This document shows positions 26,042-33,591 of a stretch of DNA of 64,000 nucleotides, in pieces (the first letter of the stretch is position 1; every line of letters begins with the position of its first letter). The DNA lies in IMG/VR virus record IMGVR_UViG_3300046787_000200, positions 288,013 through 352,012 of that record; one strand, 5' to 3'. The position numbers were made by a program, and so were the translations under genes. Below the pieces are notes generated by a model, which saw nothing but the letters and a program-made list of their open reading frames with translations, had not been told where the DNA came from and searched no databases.

Positions 26042-26227
26042 TTATACTTTTTTGTCTATATGATTGTTATGATGTGTAGGCTCTAACTCTCCTACTCTGT
26101 TATATAGATACTGAACAACTTCAATAACTTTCTTATTAGTTGCAGGATCTACTAACATACTGTAAACCGTGTTGCGATATTGGTGATTAACCATATCGTT
26201 TACTGAGGTTACACTTTGAACTATCAT
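26042..26227 (-). CDS. Hypothetical protein
   Basis: TAAATA just upstream of ATG. Confidence 0.5.
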   Translation of the reverse strand: MIVQSVTSVNDMVNHQYRNTVYSMLVDPATNKKVIEVVQYLYNRVGELEPTHHNNHIDKKV

Positions 26228-26240
26228 ATAGTATTTAACA

Positions 26241-26324
26241 TACCATATAGAAACACACTAGCGATTGGTTGATCTCCAACCTTTACCCACGCTTCTCACC
26301 TGACTAATGTGTTTTTATATGATA
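26241..26324 (-). repeat. Inverted-repeat stem with variable cargo, copy 6
   Basis: TACCATATAGAAACACACTAG...CTAATGTGTTTTTATATGATA on the + strand. Confidence 0.85.
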
Positions 26325-26461
26325 TTGAGGGTGGGTAACGATCCCACTAACTATCGGTGCGATGCCGATTGTGCTACGCTCCATATACAATTAGTTTACT
26401 CTGTTTCGAACCAGACCAACTGTATATCTTTGCACTAACTTTCCATGTCGTTTTCCTCTTT

Positions 26462-26589
26462 ACCATATAAAAACATTTTCAATACTCAACGCAATGCTGG
26501 CACAATGTTCTTTCGCCCCTGCCAGGGAACCGAACAGAGCACCGAAAATTTGTGGCCGATGATGCCCGTCAAAAATGTTTTTATATGGT
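26462..26589 (-). repeat. Inverted-repeat stem with variable cargo, copy 7
   Basis: ACCATATAAAAACATTTT...AAAATGTTTTTATATGGT. Confidence 0.8.
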
Positions 26590-26650
26590 GGCTCCTTACT
26601 TCGATACGAGCGAATCGTGTCGGTCTGGTGGAGTTAACCACGGAGTTAAA

Positions 26651-26734
26651 CTACCATATAGAAACACACTCCCGGAGACGCATTACCTCCCCGTACCGTA
26701 GTATTATGAATTCAAGTGTGTTTTTATATGGTAG
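26651..26734 (-). repeat. Inverted-repeat stem, copy 8, sharing the CCA end of tRNA-Lys
   Basis: CTACCATATAGAAACACACT...AGTGTGTTTTTATATGGTAG. Confidence 0.85.
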
Positions 26735-26805
26735 AAGCACAGGGACTTGAACCCTGAACCTACCGGTTAAAAGCCGGTTGCTCTAGCCAGTTGAGCTATA
26801 CTTCC
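26729..26805 (-). tRNA. tRNA-Lys(TTT)
   Basis: Loop CTTTTAA, CCA. Confidence 0.95.
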
Positions 26806-26812
26806 ATAATTA

Positions 26813-26887
26813 TGGTCCCTCCACTCAGAATTGAACTGAGTCTTGTCGGATTAAGAGTCCGCTATGCTACCGTAACATCTTAGAGGG
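26813..26887 (-). tRNA. tRNA-Lys(CTT)
   Basis: Loop CTCTTAA, CCA. Confidence 0.85.
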
Positions 26888-26952
26888 ATGACTGTATTAA
26901 ATTGTCTTTAATGTGCCATCCCTAGACCATACTTGGAAGTCTAAGAATGACA

Positions 26953-26976
26953 CTATCGTTTACCTGAACGTTTCAT
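26953..26976 (-). CDS. Mini leader peptide MKRSGKR
   Basis: Strong AAGGAG SD, own sigma70 promoter, 14-bp hairpin starting right after TAG. Confidence 0.6.
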   Translation of the reverse strand: MKRSGKR

Positions 26977-26998
26977 GTCGTTCTCCTTTAAAAAATGA

Positions 26999-27027
26999 AG
27001 TATACTAGACAACTGAATTATTGTCAA
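26999..27027 (-). promoter_or_regulatory. Sigma70 promoter TTGACA-17-TATACT
   Basis: Near consensus. Confidence 0.8.
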
Positions 27028-27031
27028 ATAT

Positions 27032-27108
27032 TGGTGCGACCTAAGAGAGTCGAACTCCTGACCCCCAAGTTCGTAGCCTGGTGCTCTATCCATCTGAGCT
27101 AAGGTCGC
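27032..27108 (-). tRNA. tRNA-Arg(ACG)
   Basis: Loop CTACGAA, CCA. Confidence 0.95.
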
Positions 27109-27121
27109 ATATAAATACAGA

Positions 27122-27658
27122 ATGAATCCATTCTGCGTTAATTTAAATTTAGATATACCCCCTTTAAGACCTGATATAGATATCAATAACTTTTCTAAAG
27201 ATTATTGGAATACTATTCCTTTATCATATATCAATACAAATTTAATCTCTTTTCTATTACAAAAAGGATTAGATTTGCCTAAAGCGGCTACTTTCTATTC
27301 TGAAGGTGAATGCATTCATCCTATACATATTGATGGCATAGCAGAATCTGATATGGTTAAAATCAATTGGGTATACGGTGATAACCATATGATGAATTGG
27401 TATTCATCTAATATAATTAAGCCATATAGTCTTGAAAAAAATGATAGAACATATGTCTATTATAAACCACATGAAGTTAATCTAGTGCATTCTCAACAAG
27501 TAGGATGTCCTAGTATAGTTCAAACAGGAATACCGCATAACGTAGTAAATTACTACGGAACACGTAGATGTATATCTATTGCATTGTCACATCGCCAATC
27601 TAAAAAGCTTGTAACAATGGATGAAGCATTGCATTTGTTTAATGAGATTACGGCTTAA
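27122..27658 (+). CDS. 2OG-Fe(II)/cupin-like protein
   Basis: IHIDG...INW...PSIV..G.PHNV.N...R..ISI; TATAAATA at 27110-27117. Confidence 0.65.
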   Translation: MNPFCVNLNLDIPPLRPDIDINNFSKDYWNTIPLSYINTNLISFLLQKGLDLPKAATFYSEGECIHPIHIDGIAESDMVKINWVYGDNHMMNWYSSNIIKPYSLEKNDRTYVYYKPHEVNLVHSQQVGCPSIVQTGIPHNVVNYYGTRRCISIALSHRQSKKLVTMDEALHLFNEITA

Positions 27659-27694
27659 CCCGTCAGAAGGGTCAGTGTGCTGTTCATCCGTAAA

Positions 27695-27757
27695 GCATTC
27701 TAAAACATACTAGATGCGGCATTTCAGCCCATATCAACTTAGTATGTTTTAGAATGC
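27695..27757 (-). repeat. Inverted-repeat stem with variable cargo, copy 9
   Basis: GCATTCTAAAACATACTA...TAGTATGTTTTAGAATGC, 18-bp perfect stem. Confidence 0.8.
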
Positions 27758-28047
27758 CGTGTATTGCTACACGACATGTTAGGGTCGATACCCTAACCAG
27801 TGATTTTAGTCTCTGCGTTATCGCCACAGATTTCATCCTACTGTCCGCCCATTCTATACATTTTGCGCTGTATCACGGCTCTCGTTGCCTATTCACGCTA
27901 TCTATCAATCTTCAAGTAAGTACTTGTCTTTCTCTCTTAACTGATAGATTTTAGCACGGTCAATCTTATTTTGTATCAACTGTGCTAGTTGCTCCTTTGT
28001 CAGAACATGAGTGCTAAACCAATCATGTTTTGCTTCAGAAGTTTTGT

Positions 28048-28076
28048 ATTCTATCTCTTTATCCATTTATTGTCAA
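28048..28076 (-). promoter_or_regulatory. Sigma70 promoter TTGACA-17-TAGAAT
   Basis: Near consensus with TTGACAATAAAT signature. Confidence 0.75.
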
Positions 28077-28094
28077 ATTTTCTTTCCACTAAGT

Positions 28095-28126
28095 AAAAAC
28101 CCTGAGAGTCTTGCGATTCCCAGGGT
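28095..28126 (-). terminator. Intrinsic terminator / putative attenuator hairpin
   Basis: ACCCTGGGAATC-GCAA-GACTCTCAGGGT followed by TTTT. Confidence 0.8.
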
Positions 28127-28155
28127 CTTGATAATTTTGTTATGATGCTAACTTG

Positions 28156-28293
28156 TTACCTCGTCCCCGGGCTATGTTCCTGTGAATCATTTGTGCCGCG
28201 AATACTTGTTGGATATGCTGGTGCAAAGGATACATTGGCTATTGTTGACCATTGTCCCATATGTTTCAGCAAATTACAAGTTTTATTCATCAT
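28156..28293 (-). CDS. 45-aa leader peptide containing all 20 amino acids
   Basis: MMNKTCNLLKHMGQWSTIANVSFAPAYPTSIRGTNDSQEHSPGTR; CTAAATA 7 nt upstream of ATG; last codons complementary to the terminator 5' arm. Confidence 0.65.
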   Translation of the reverse strand: MMNKTCNLLKHMGQWSTIANVSFAPAYPTSIRGTNDSQEHSPGTR

Positions 28294-28369
28294 AGTCTTT
28301 TATTTAGTCCTGGTTTAAAATAAGTGCAAATAACGGTTGTTTTTTACACCTTTTTTCAATTCATGCTGA

Positions 28370-28398
28370 AGTATAGCATTGTTTTGAATTAAAGTCAA
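28370..28398 (-). promoter_or_regulatory. Sigma70 promoter TTGACT-17-TATACT upstream of the leader peptide
   Basis: Near consensus with extended -10 TG. Confidence 0.7.
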
Positions 28399-28424
28399 TA
28401 AGTTTTTTAAGTAGTTTACCCAAA

Positions 28425-29156
28425 TTATTGTATTTTGAAATGTTCTGCAACACCTGCACGTTGTGCCCACTCTTTGTTAAAAGCACCATCGATACGAAGG
28501 CTCCATGCAGTATGCAATGGGTGCCCCTCACTTGCATGTACATTGTTAGAATCAAACACACATGCTCTAGTATTAGAGTAATGCTTTTCATTGGTCTCTG
28601 GATCAAACACTACTAACTGCTTAGGAATGACACCGGTAAGCCAAATAAAAGGATCTTTATTTATACCATGGTATTTGTCCGGGTAATCTCTATGTAGTGC
28701 TGTTTTTTGACAAGGTTCATTTATCCAAAAAATAACTCTACCGTATTCAGTGAAACATCCTTGTGCATCTATCCAATCAAATAAAAATCTAAATTGCTCA
28801 TCAAATGCAAATTTAGAAGTATATTGGCTCATATGCTTCTTAGAATAAGTAGCAGGGTATCCTATATTCCCTCTTAATACAAAATTAGTACCCAACGTAA
28901 CAGTTCCTGTCAGCTTACTGTAAAATAAAGCTTCATCTGGAGCTAAGTCCGGATTTTCTTTCATAACATCATCACGTTTCTTATATACTGATAACTTAGA
29001 TTTATCGTATATCGTATCTTGTGAAGTACCAGAAGGTCTAAAATGGTGTCTATTTTTTGCTAAGGTCCTACATATTTGATCATTTATAGCATCAAACCCT
29101 GCCATATCCAAATGATCTTCTAAATTGCAAAATATCTGATTGTTAATTAAATTCAT
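28425..29156 (-). CDS. 2OG-Fe(II)/cupin-like oxygenase
   Basis: LHRD...FD...HAS....SLRIDG. Confidence 0.6.
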   Translation of the reverse strand: MNLINNQIFCNLEDHLDMAGFDAINDQICRTLAKNRHHFRPSGTSQDTIYDKSKLSVYKKRDDVMKENPDLAPDEALFYSKLTGTVTLGTNFVLRGNIGYPATYSKKHMSQYTSKFAFDEQFRFLFDWIDAQGCFTEYGRVIFWINEPCQKTALHRDYPDKYHGINKDPFIWLTGVIPKQLVVFDPETNEKHYSNTRACVFDSNNVHASEGHPLHTAWSLRIDGAFNKEWAQRAGVAEHFKIQ

Positions 29157-29192
29157 ACTTTATATATGATAGTATGAGGGGCCAGAAATATT

Positions 29193-29489
29193 TTACACAT
29201 CCTTTTGCCAAAATGATACAATATCATTAGCTGTGTTATAGGCTTCACGGTCTCTTTGGCATGCTACTAACACAGGATCATTAATAAATTGCTGAAGTGC
29301 CGCATAATCTTTCCATATGCCAGAGTAAGTGCGTATTAATCCGTCATCTGAAAATGTTTTTGATACACTTTCTCGTAACCCAGTTGCTACATAATTTTCT
29401 TCTATATGTTGCTTAACTTCTTCTGGAAAGTCCCAGAAAGGGATGTTTGGATCTGTTCTGAAAGATAATCTAGTCTCTTTGTAACTCAT
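29193..29489 (-). CDS. Small hypothetical protein
   Basis: CAGGAG SD, upstream ATAAATA; loosely like the 22938/24878 family. Confidence 0.65.
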   Translation of the reverse strand: MSYKETRLSFRTDPNIPFWDFPEEVKQHIEENYVATGLRESVSKTFSDDGLIRTYSGIWKDYAALQQFINDPVLVACQRDREAYNTANDIVSFWQKDV

Positions 29490-29513
29490 TGTTTGTTCTC
29501 CTGATAACTATAT

Positions 29514-30218
29514 TTATCTCATATCATTGAAGTAATCAGTGCCGGACAATCTCTTTTTGTCAAATGCATTAAACCAAGTTTTAACTTCATCTAAATTTTC
29601 TACTAGTTTCTCTAGGTTAGTATGTTCATCTTTTGAATTAACTACATAAGGTTTTCCAAATACATCTGACTTTCCGTTAACAAGTTCATCAAAATATATT
29701 AAGGTAGATGACATGTTTTCTAATACCCAATTTTGTAGTGTGTCAGTCTTATAATAGTCCCAATATGTCTTTCTAAAAGCATCTAATTTGAACGTTACTG
29801 GCTTACTTTCTTTTAATCCATCAAAGTTATAATTTTTTGAACTTATATACCAACTTAACATCTGCTGCCAGGGATCCCTTTTTACACAAGCCCAATGATA
29901 AGTTTGGTATTCATTTAACATAAATGGAAATTCTAATAATGAATCAGGCCAAATAGTAATGACACTTTTGTTAGTGTTTTTATACAAGTTAAATCTTTTT
30001 ATATGTTCTACTGTTTTATGATATTTTATCTCAGATAAGGCTAACGACGGAAGAATTCTATCTTCTTTACGTATAGCTTTATTATTTTCTATCTTAGTGG
30101 AAAATAATGAATACCATTCACCAAACGAATGATATCCAAAATCTTCTAAAATTTTTGCTAGAAGCTTTGTGCCGGTTCTAGGTTGTGAAAATATTACAAT
30201 ATTATCATGTTCTAACAT
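29514..30218 (-). CDS. Sulfotransferase-like protein
   Basis: FSQPRTGT 5'-PSB loop; KRDPWQQMLS 3'-PB. Confidence 0.7.
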   Translation of the reverse strand: MLEHDNIVIFSQPRTGTKLLAKILEDFGYHSFGEWYSLFSTKIENNKAIRKEDRILPSLALSEIKYHKTVEHIKRFNLYKNTNKSVITIWPDSLLEFPFMLNEYQTYHWACVKRDPWQQMLSWYISSKNYNFDGLKESKPVTFKLDAFRKTYWDYYKTDTLQNWVLENMSSTLIYFDELVNGKSDVFGKPYVVNSKDEHTNLEKLVENLDEVKTWFNAFDKKRLSGTDYFNDMR

Positions 30219-30219
30219 T

Positions 30220-31659
30220 TCATTCTATTTCCCGATACATAAGTGCATATTCATGTGCAGTTTTATATCCTATTTTTGGTCCTGCATGATCTACCATTTG
30301 CTTATTAGATAATAATATAGTAGAGTATACTTTTTTGCGATTTTGAGATTTTGCAATGATATCTACACATTTATGCAATTGTTTATGAATGCTATGACCA
30401 CGATGATCCTTGTTTACATATGCTAATTTAATTAGTAAATCTTCCTTGTATGATGCAGTATGAAAGAATATGCCGGCAATAACTTCATTGCCTTTTTTAA
30501 GTAATGCGCCACCGTCAATAAGATGAGGCGTTGGTTTATTGATATAATCTTCTGTGTCAACTCGATATAACGCAAACATCTTTTCATACTCAGTAACTAA
30601 TGCTACATTTGAGTGACTAAACATTACATATTCATAATCTAAATATTTCTCAACATCGTGTTCAGTCGCTATGTTTACATCCGGAGAATTTATAATAACT
30701 TCACCGTTACTTTGTGTTTCGTTATTCATTGATACGAACCGTGAATCTTCTGCATATATCCACTCGCTATAATCTTTATGCGTTGACCTATTATTTTCTA
30801 AAAAGTCTACTAAATCCCAATAAGGTACTGACACTTTTGTTTCTTTAATCATACATGAGTCTTTAAACCAAGTGGGATATGATTCATACCCAGTCAGTTT
30901 ACCATACCATATGATATCATTTTTAAAATGCTTAGCCTTCATCATGCCCTTACCGTAATAATTCCAATAGTTACCTGGCTTAAGTATCGACCCGCGTAAA
31001 AAAGCTAATTTATTTTCATGGTAATACTGTATAGAATTACAGAATGCTTTAACAATGTCATCAGTATAATAACTTGCTATCGTTTCAGGGCTGTACGGAA
31101 AATCAATAATCTGTCTACTCTTACCCATCATTCTAAAACGCTGTTGCATCGTTTCAAAATAATTGCAGTATATTGACATCTTCTGACTAGTAGTACCTAA
31201 AATTTCAGGATCATTTGCTCCTTGGGTAATGATAGGATAATTACCTTCTAAGTGCTGACTTAACCATTCGAATGGATAATGATACATTGAAAATGGATGT
31301 TCAGTTTTACTACGTGCTATCCATTCTTCTTTATGTTCATCTATATTGATATCGACAACACGAACTTTAAACCCAAAGAACTTTTCACATTCACGTACAT
31401 GGGCTAATTCAGCATCACTATATCCAACAGAGTTTAAGAAAACATATTCTGCATCTACCCCCATATCTAAAAAAGTTCTTGCTATAACTTGGCTGTCAAC
31501 ACCAGAACTAAACAAAACATATACTTGACCATATGTGTTTTTAATCCTTACCGCATCATTATTAGATTCGGTGCGAAAATCAGAAAAATCTCTATCCGGT
31601 GCTTGATATCGGACAATACATTTCTGTCCTTCTAATATATACTCTAAACCTTGTTTCAT
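30220..31659 (-). CDS. PP-loop ATPase fused to a C-terminal GNAT acetyltransferase domain
   Basis: LFSSGVDSQ; C-terminal AYVNKDHRGHSIHKQL. Confidence 0.65.
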   Translation of the reverse strand: MKQGLEYILEGQKCIVRYQAPDRDFSDFRTESNNDAVRIKNTYGQVYVLFSSGVDSQVIARTFLDMGVDAEYVFLNSVGYSDAELAHVRECEKFFGFKVRVVDINIDEHKEEWIARSKTEHPFSMYHYPFEWLSQHLEGNYPIITQGANDPEILGTTSQKMSIYCNYFETMQQRFRMMGKSRQIIDFPYSPETIASYYTDDIVKAFCNSIQYYHENKLAFLRGSILKPGNYWNYYGKGMMKAKHFKNDIIWYGKLTGYESYPTWFKDSCMIKETKVSVPYWDLVDFLENNRSTHKDYSEWIYAEDSRFVSMNNETQSNGEVIINSPDVNIATEHDVEKYLDYEYVMFSHSNVALVTEYEKMFALYRVDTEDYINKPTPHLIDGGALLKKGNEVIAGIFFHTASYKEDLLIKLAYVNKDHRGHSIHKQLHKCVDIIAKSQNRKKVYSTILLSNKQMVDHAGPKIGYKTAHEYALMYREIE

Positions 31660-31667
31660 AATTTTAT

Positions 31668-32336
31668 TTATATGTATTCTTGGGGTGCTGAAATCTTATG
31701 CAGATAATCAGTTACTTCAGTTAAATTCTCAATAGTTACTACATTTTTTGCATCTTGTACAATATACCTAGTACTAGGATTCCACCATTCTGATTTGGGA
31801 AAATCTATCATATCCTCATAATATATTTTTATCGGATTGAACATCTCACTTACCGTTGCTATCTTGTTATCACATTTTTTCATAATATGGATTGCATCAT
31901 CTATTGACGATAAATTTACACTTATGTTTTTTTTGTATACGGTATTATGCAATTCCAATGTGTTCAATGCGATGAGTAAACTCCAAAAAGTATCACGTTT
32001 ATTCTTTCTTTCTAATAAAATATACTGCAAATCTCTTTCTGCAAAGAATTCACAAATTGAGTCAGTTAACAAATGTAAATGAGTTTTAACTGATATGGCT
32101 TTGTGTTTATCGTTAAATGTGTCAAACAATTCAAACCGATAGTCTAGGTCGGTGTTTGCGACAGTTGAATAGTTGTATCTTATTCCTGTATCCATGTCTA
32201 CACTTTTTATACCACAATACATAGTGAATAATTCACTTAAATTAAATTGCGGTAAACTATCTTGTATCCATGTGCTGCCACTTCTTGGATGACTTAATAT
32301 GATTACAGATTTGTTTGGGCCGAGAATAGGTGCCAT
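31668..32336 (-). CDS. Sulfotransferase-like protein
   Basis: LSHPRSGSTW; VKTH; LERKN.RD..WS; IYYED. Confidence 0.7.
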   Translation of the reverse strand: MAPILGPNKSVIILSHPRSGSTWIQDSLPQFNLSELFTMYCGIKSVDMDTGIRYNYSTVANTDLDYRFELFDTFNDKHKAISVKTHLHLLTDSICEFFAERDLQYILLERKNKRDTFWSLLIALNTLELHNTVYKKNISVNLSSIDDAIHIMKKCDNKIATVSEMFNPIKIYYEDMIDFPKSEWWNPSTRYIVQDAKNVVTIENLTEVTDYLHKISAPQEYI

Positions 32337-32893
32337 GGGTCTTGTGTAAATCTAAAACTTATAGAAATTCTTACATCTTTTGTATCGTTATGTATAGAAT
32401 GTGGTACTGTATTATTCATAATCACCGGAGTATCTAGTACATATCTGTCAATCTCTTTTAACTTGGATTCCCCGTAAAATATGAATGACCCTTCAGAAGG
32501 ATCGGGTAATGGTATATATTGTTTTGGACCACTGATATATTCATACAATATTACAGAAGTCTCTGTATAATTTTGTATGCCGAAATTTAAACTTAAACAA
32601 CCACTGGTGTTGCCGAAACTTACAGGTGGTTCTATGTCTCTATCTACATGTGCGTCATTTTCTTTAGTACCCGGATGTACTACAATATAACAAACTTTTT
32701 TTAAATGTTCTAGTAAGTTATTTGATTTAATATATGCAAGTATCGTTGGGCAAGATGATATAAAGTTATCTAAATTCACACTCCATAATCCAGTGGGCTT
32801 GTCAACACAGTGAGGAAGAATATAATTACATAGTTCCTCATGTATCTCTTTTAATTTTGGAACTATTAAATGTTTGTATGTAACATAATTCAT
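32303..32893 (-). CDS. 2OG-Fe(II)/cupin-like protein
   Basis: AHVD...SLNF...PVI....PHSI.N...RISIS. Confidence 0.65.
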   Translation of the reverse strand: MNYVTYKHLIVPKLKEIHEELCNYILPHCVDKPTGLWSVNLDNFISSCPTILAYIKSNNLLEHLKKVCYIVVHPGTKENDAHVDRDIEPPVSFGNTSGCLSLNFGIQNYTETSVILYEYISGPKQYIPLPDPSEGSFIFYGESKLKEIDRYVLDTPVIMNNTVPHSIHNDTKDVRISISFRFTQDPWHLFSAQTNL

Positions 32894-33591
32894 TTTATTA
32901 AATGATTAATATCTTCTGTACCATCAACTGAAATCATAAAGGTATATCTATCATGCTTGCTAAAATTCATAACCGCATGTTTGTATCCTGTATTAAGAAA
33001 ATATGCGTTGCCGGGCTTAAACGTTACAGATTCAACATTATTTTTAACCCAAAATACATTCAAACAATCTATATCTGCTATTACCGGAATAATTATACGT
33101 ACTGCATAACTAGGATCATAATCTATATGAGGTGTAATATTACTTCCGGCTTCTAATTTTACTAATCGAATACGTGTTGGTTTACCTTTAAACTTACTGA
33201 CAATCTTATCAAAGATGTGTGCATACTTATTATAAGTGTCATTCTTTTTAGTGTAAGTTGCTTCGTTTAAAACACTATTATCATCTTTTACTAATAATTG
33301 CTTATGTCTATAGCCATTCGCATGTAATGTGTTGTGTACTAGTTCACATTCATCTAATGATATATTATTATTTTCTACTGTGCTATCTGTTAATGCAATT
33401 TGAAAAAAATTGTCATATACCGATTTGGCTAATTCATGGTGTACCCCACACAAACCTTTATTAACTTCGAGCACTGATTTAAATTCTTCGTTTAATTCAG
33501 TGATGCAACTAGTTAATTCATCTAGTAAAGTGTCATCAATGCATAAGTGTTCGATTACACTGTATGTCGGTAACTTATGTTTTAATTTCAT
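32890..33591 (-). CDS. Aspartyl/asparaginyl beta-hydroxylase-like 2OG oxygenase
   Basis: RIRLVKL.AG..I.PHID...R..IP...G.AYFLNTG.KHAVMN...R. Confidence 0.75.
   Translation of the reverse strand: MKLKHKLPTYSVIEHLCIDDTLLDELTSCITELNEEFKSVLEVNKGLCGVHHELAKSVYDNFFQIALTDSTVENNNISLDECELVHNTLHANGYRHKQLLVKDDNSVLNEATYTKKNDTYNKYAHIFDKIVSKFKGKPTRIRLVKLEAGSNITPHIDYDPSYAVRIIIPVIADIDCLNVFWVKNNVESVTFKPGNAYFLNTGYKHAVMNFSKHDRYTFMISVDGTEDINHLIK

Noticed and set aside
26651-26695. GGAGG followed by ATG CGT CTC CGG (MRLR, macrolide-arrest-like) in stem copy 8
   Set aside because: SD-to-ATG spacing is only 2 nt and other cargos lack an equivalent ORF; probably chance.
12438-27108. Stop-codon recoding suggested by the release-factor-like gene
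   Set aside because: No CTA, TTA or TCA anticodon tRNA found; conserved genes translate full length in the standard code and all three stops are used.
16898-27757. CRISPR array reading of the GAAAC/GTTTC repeats
   Set aside because: Arms are inverted pairs, irregularly spaced with variable cargo length, and no cas genes are in the window.
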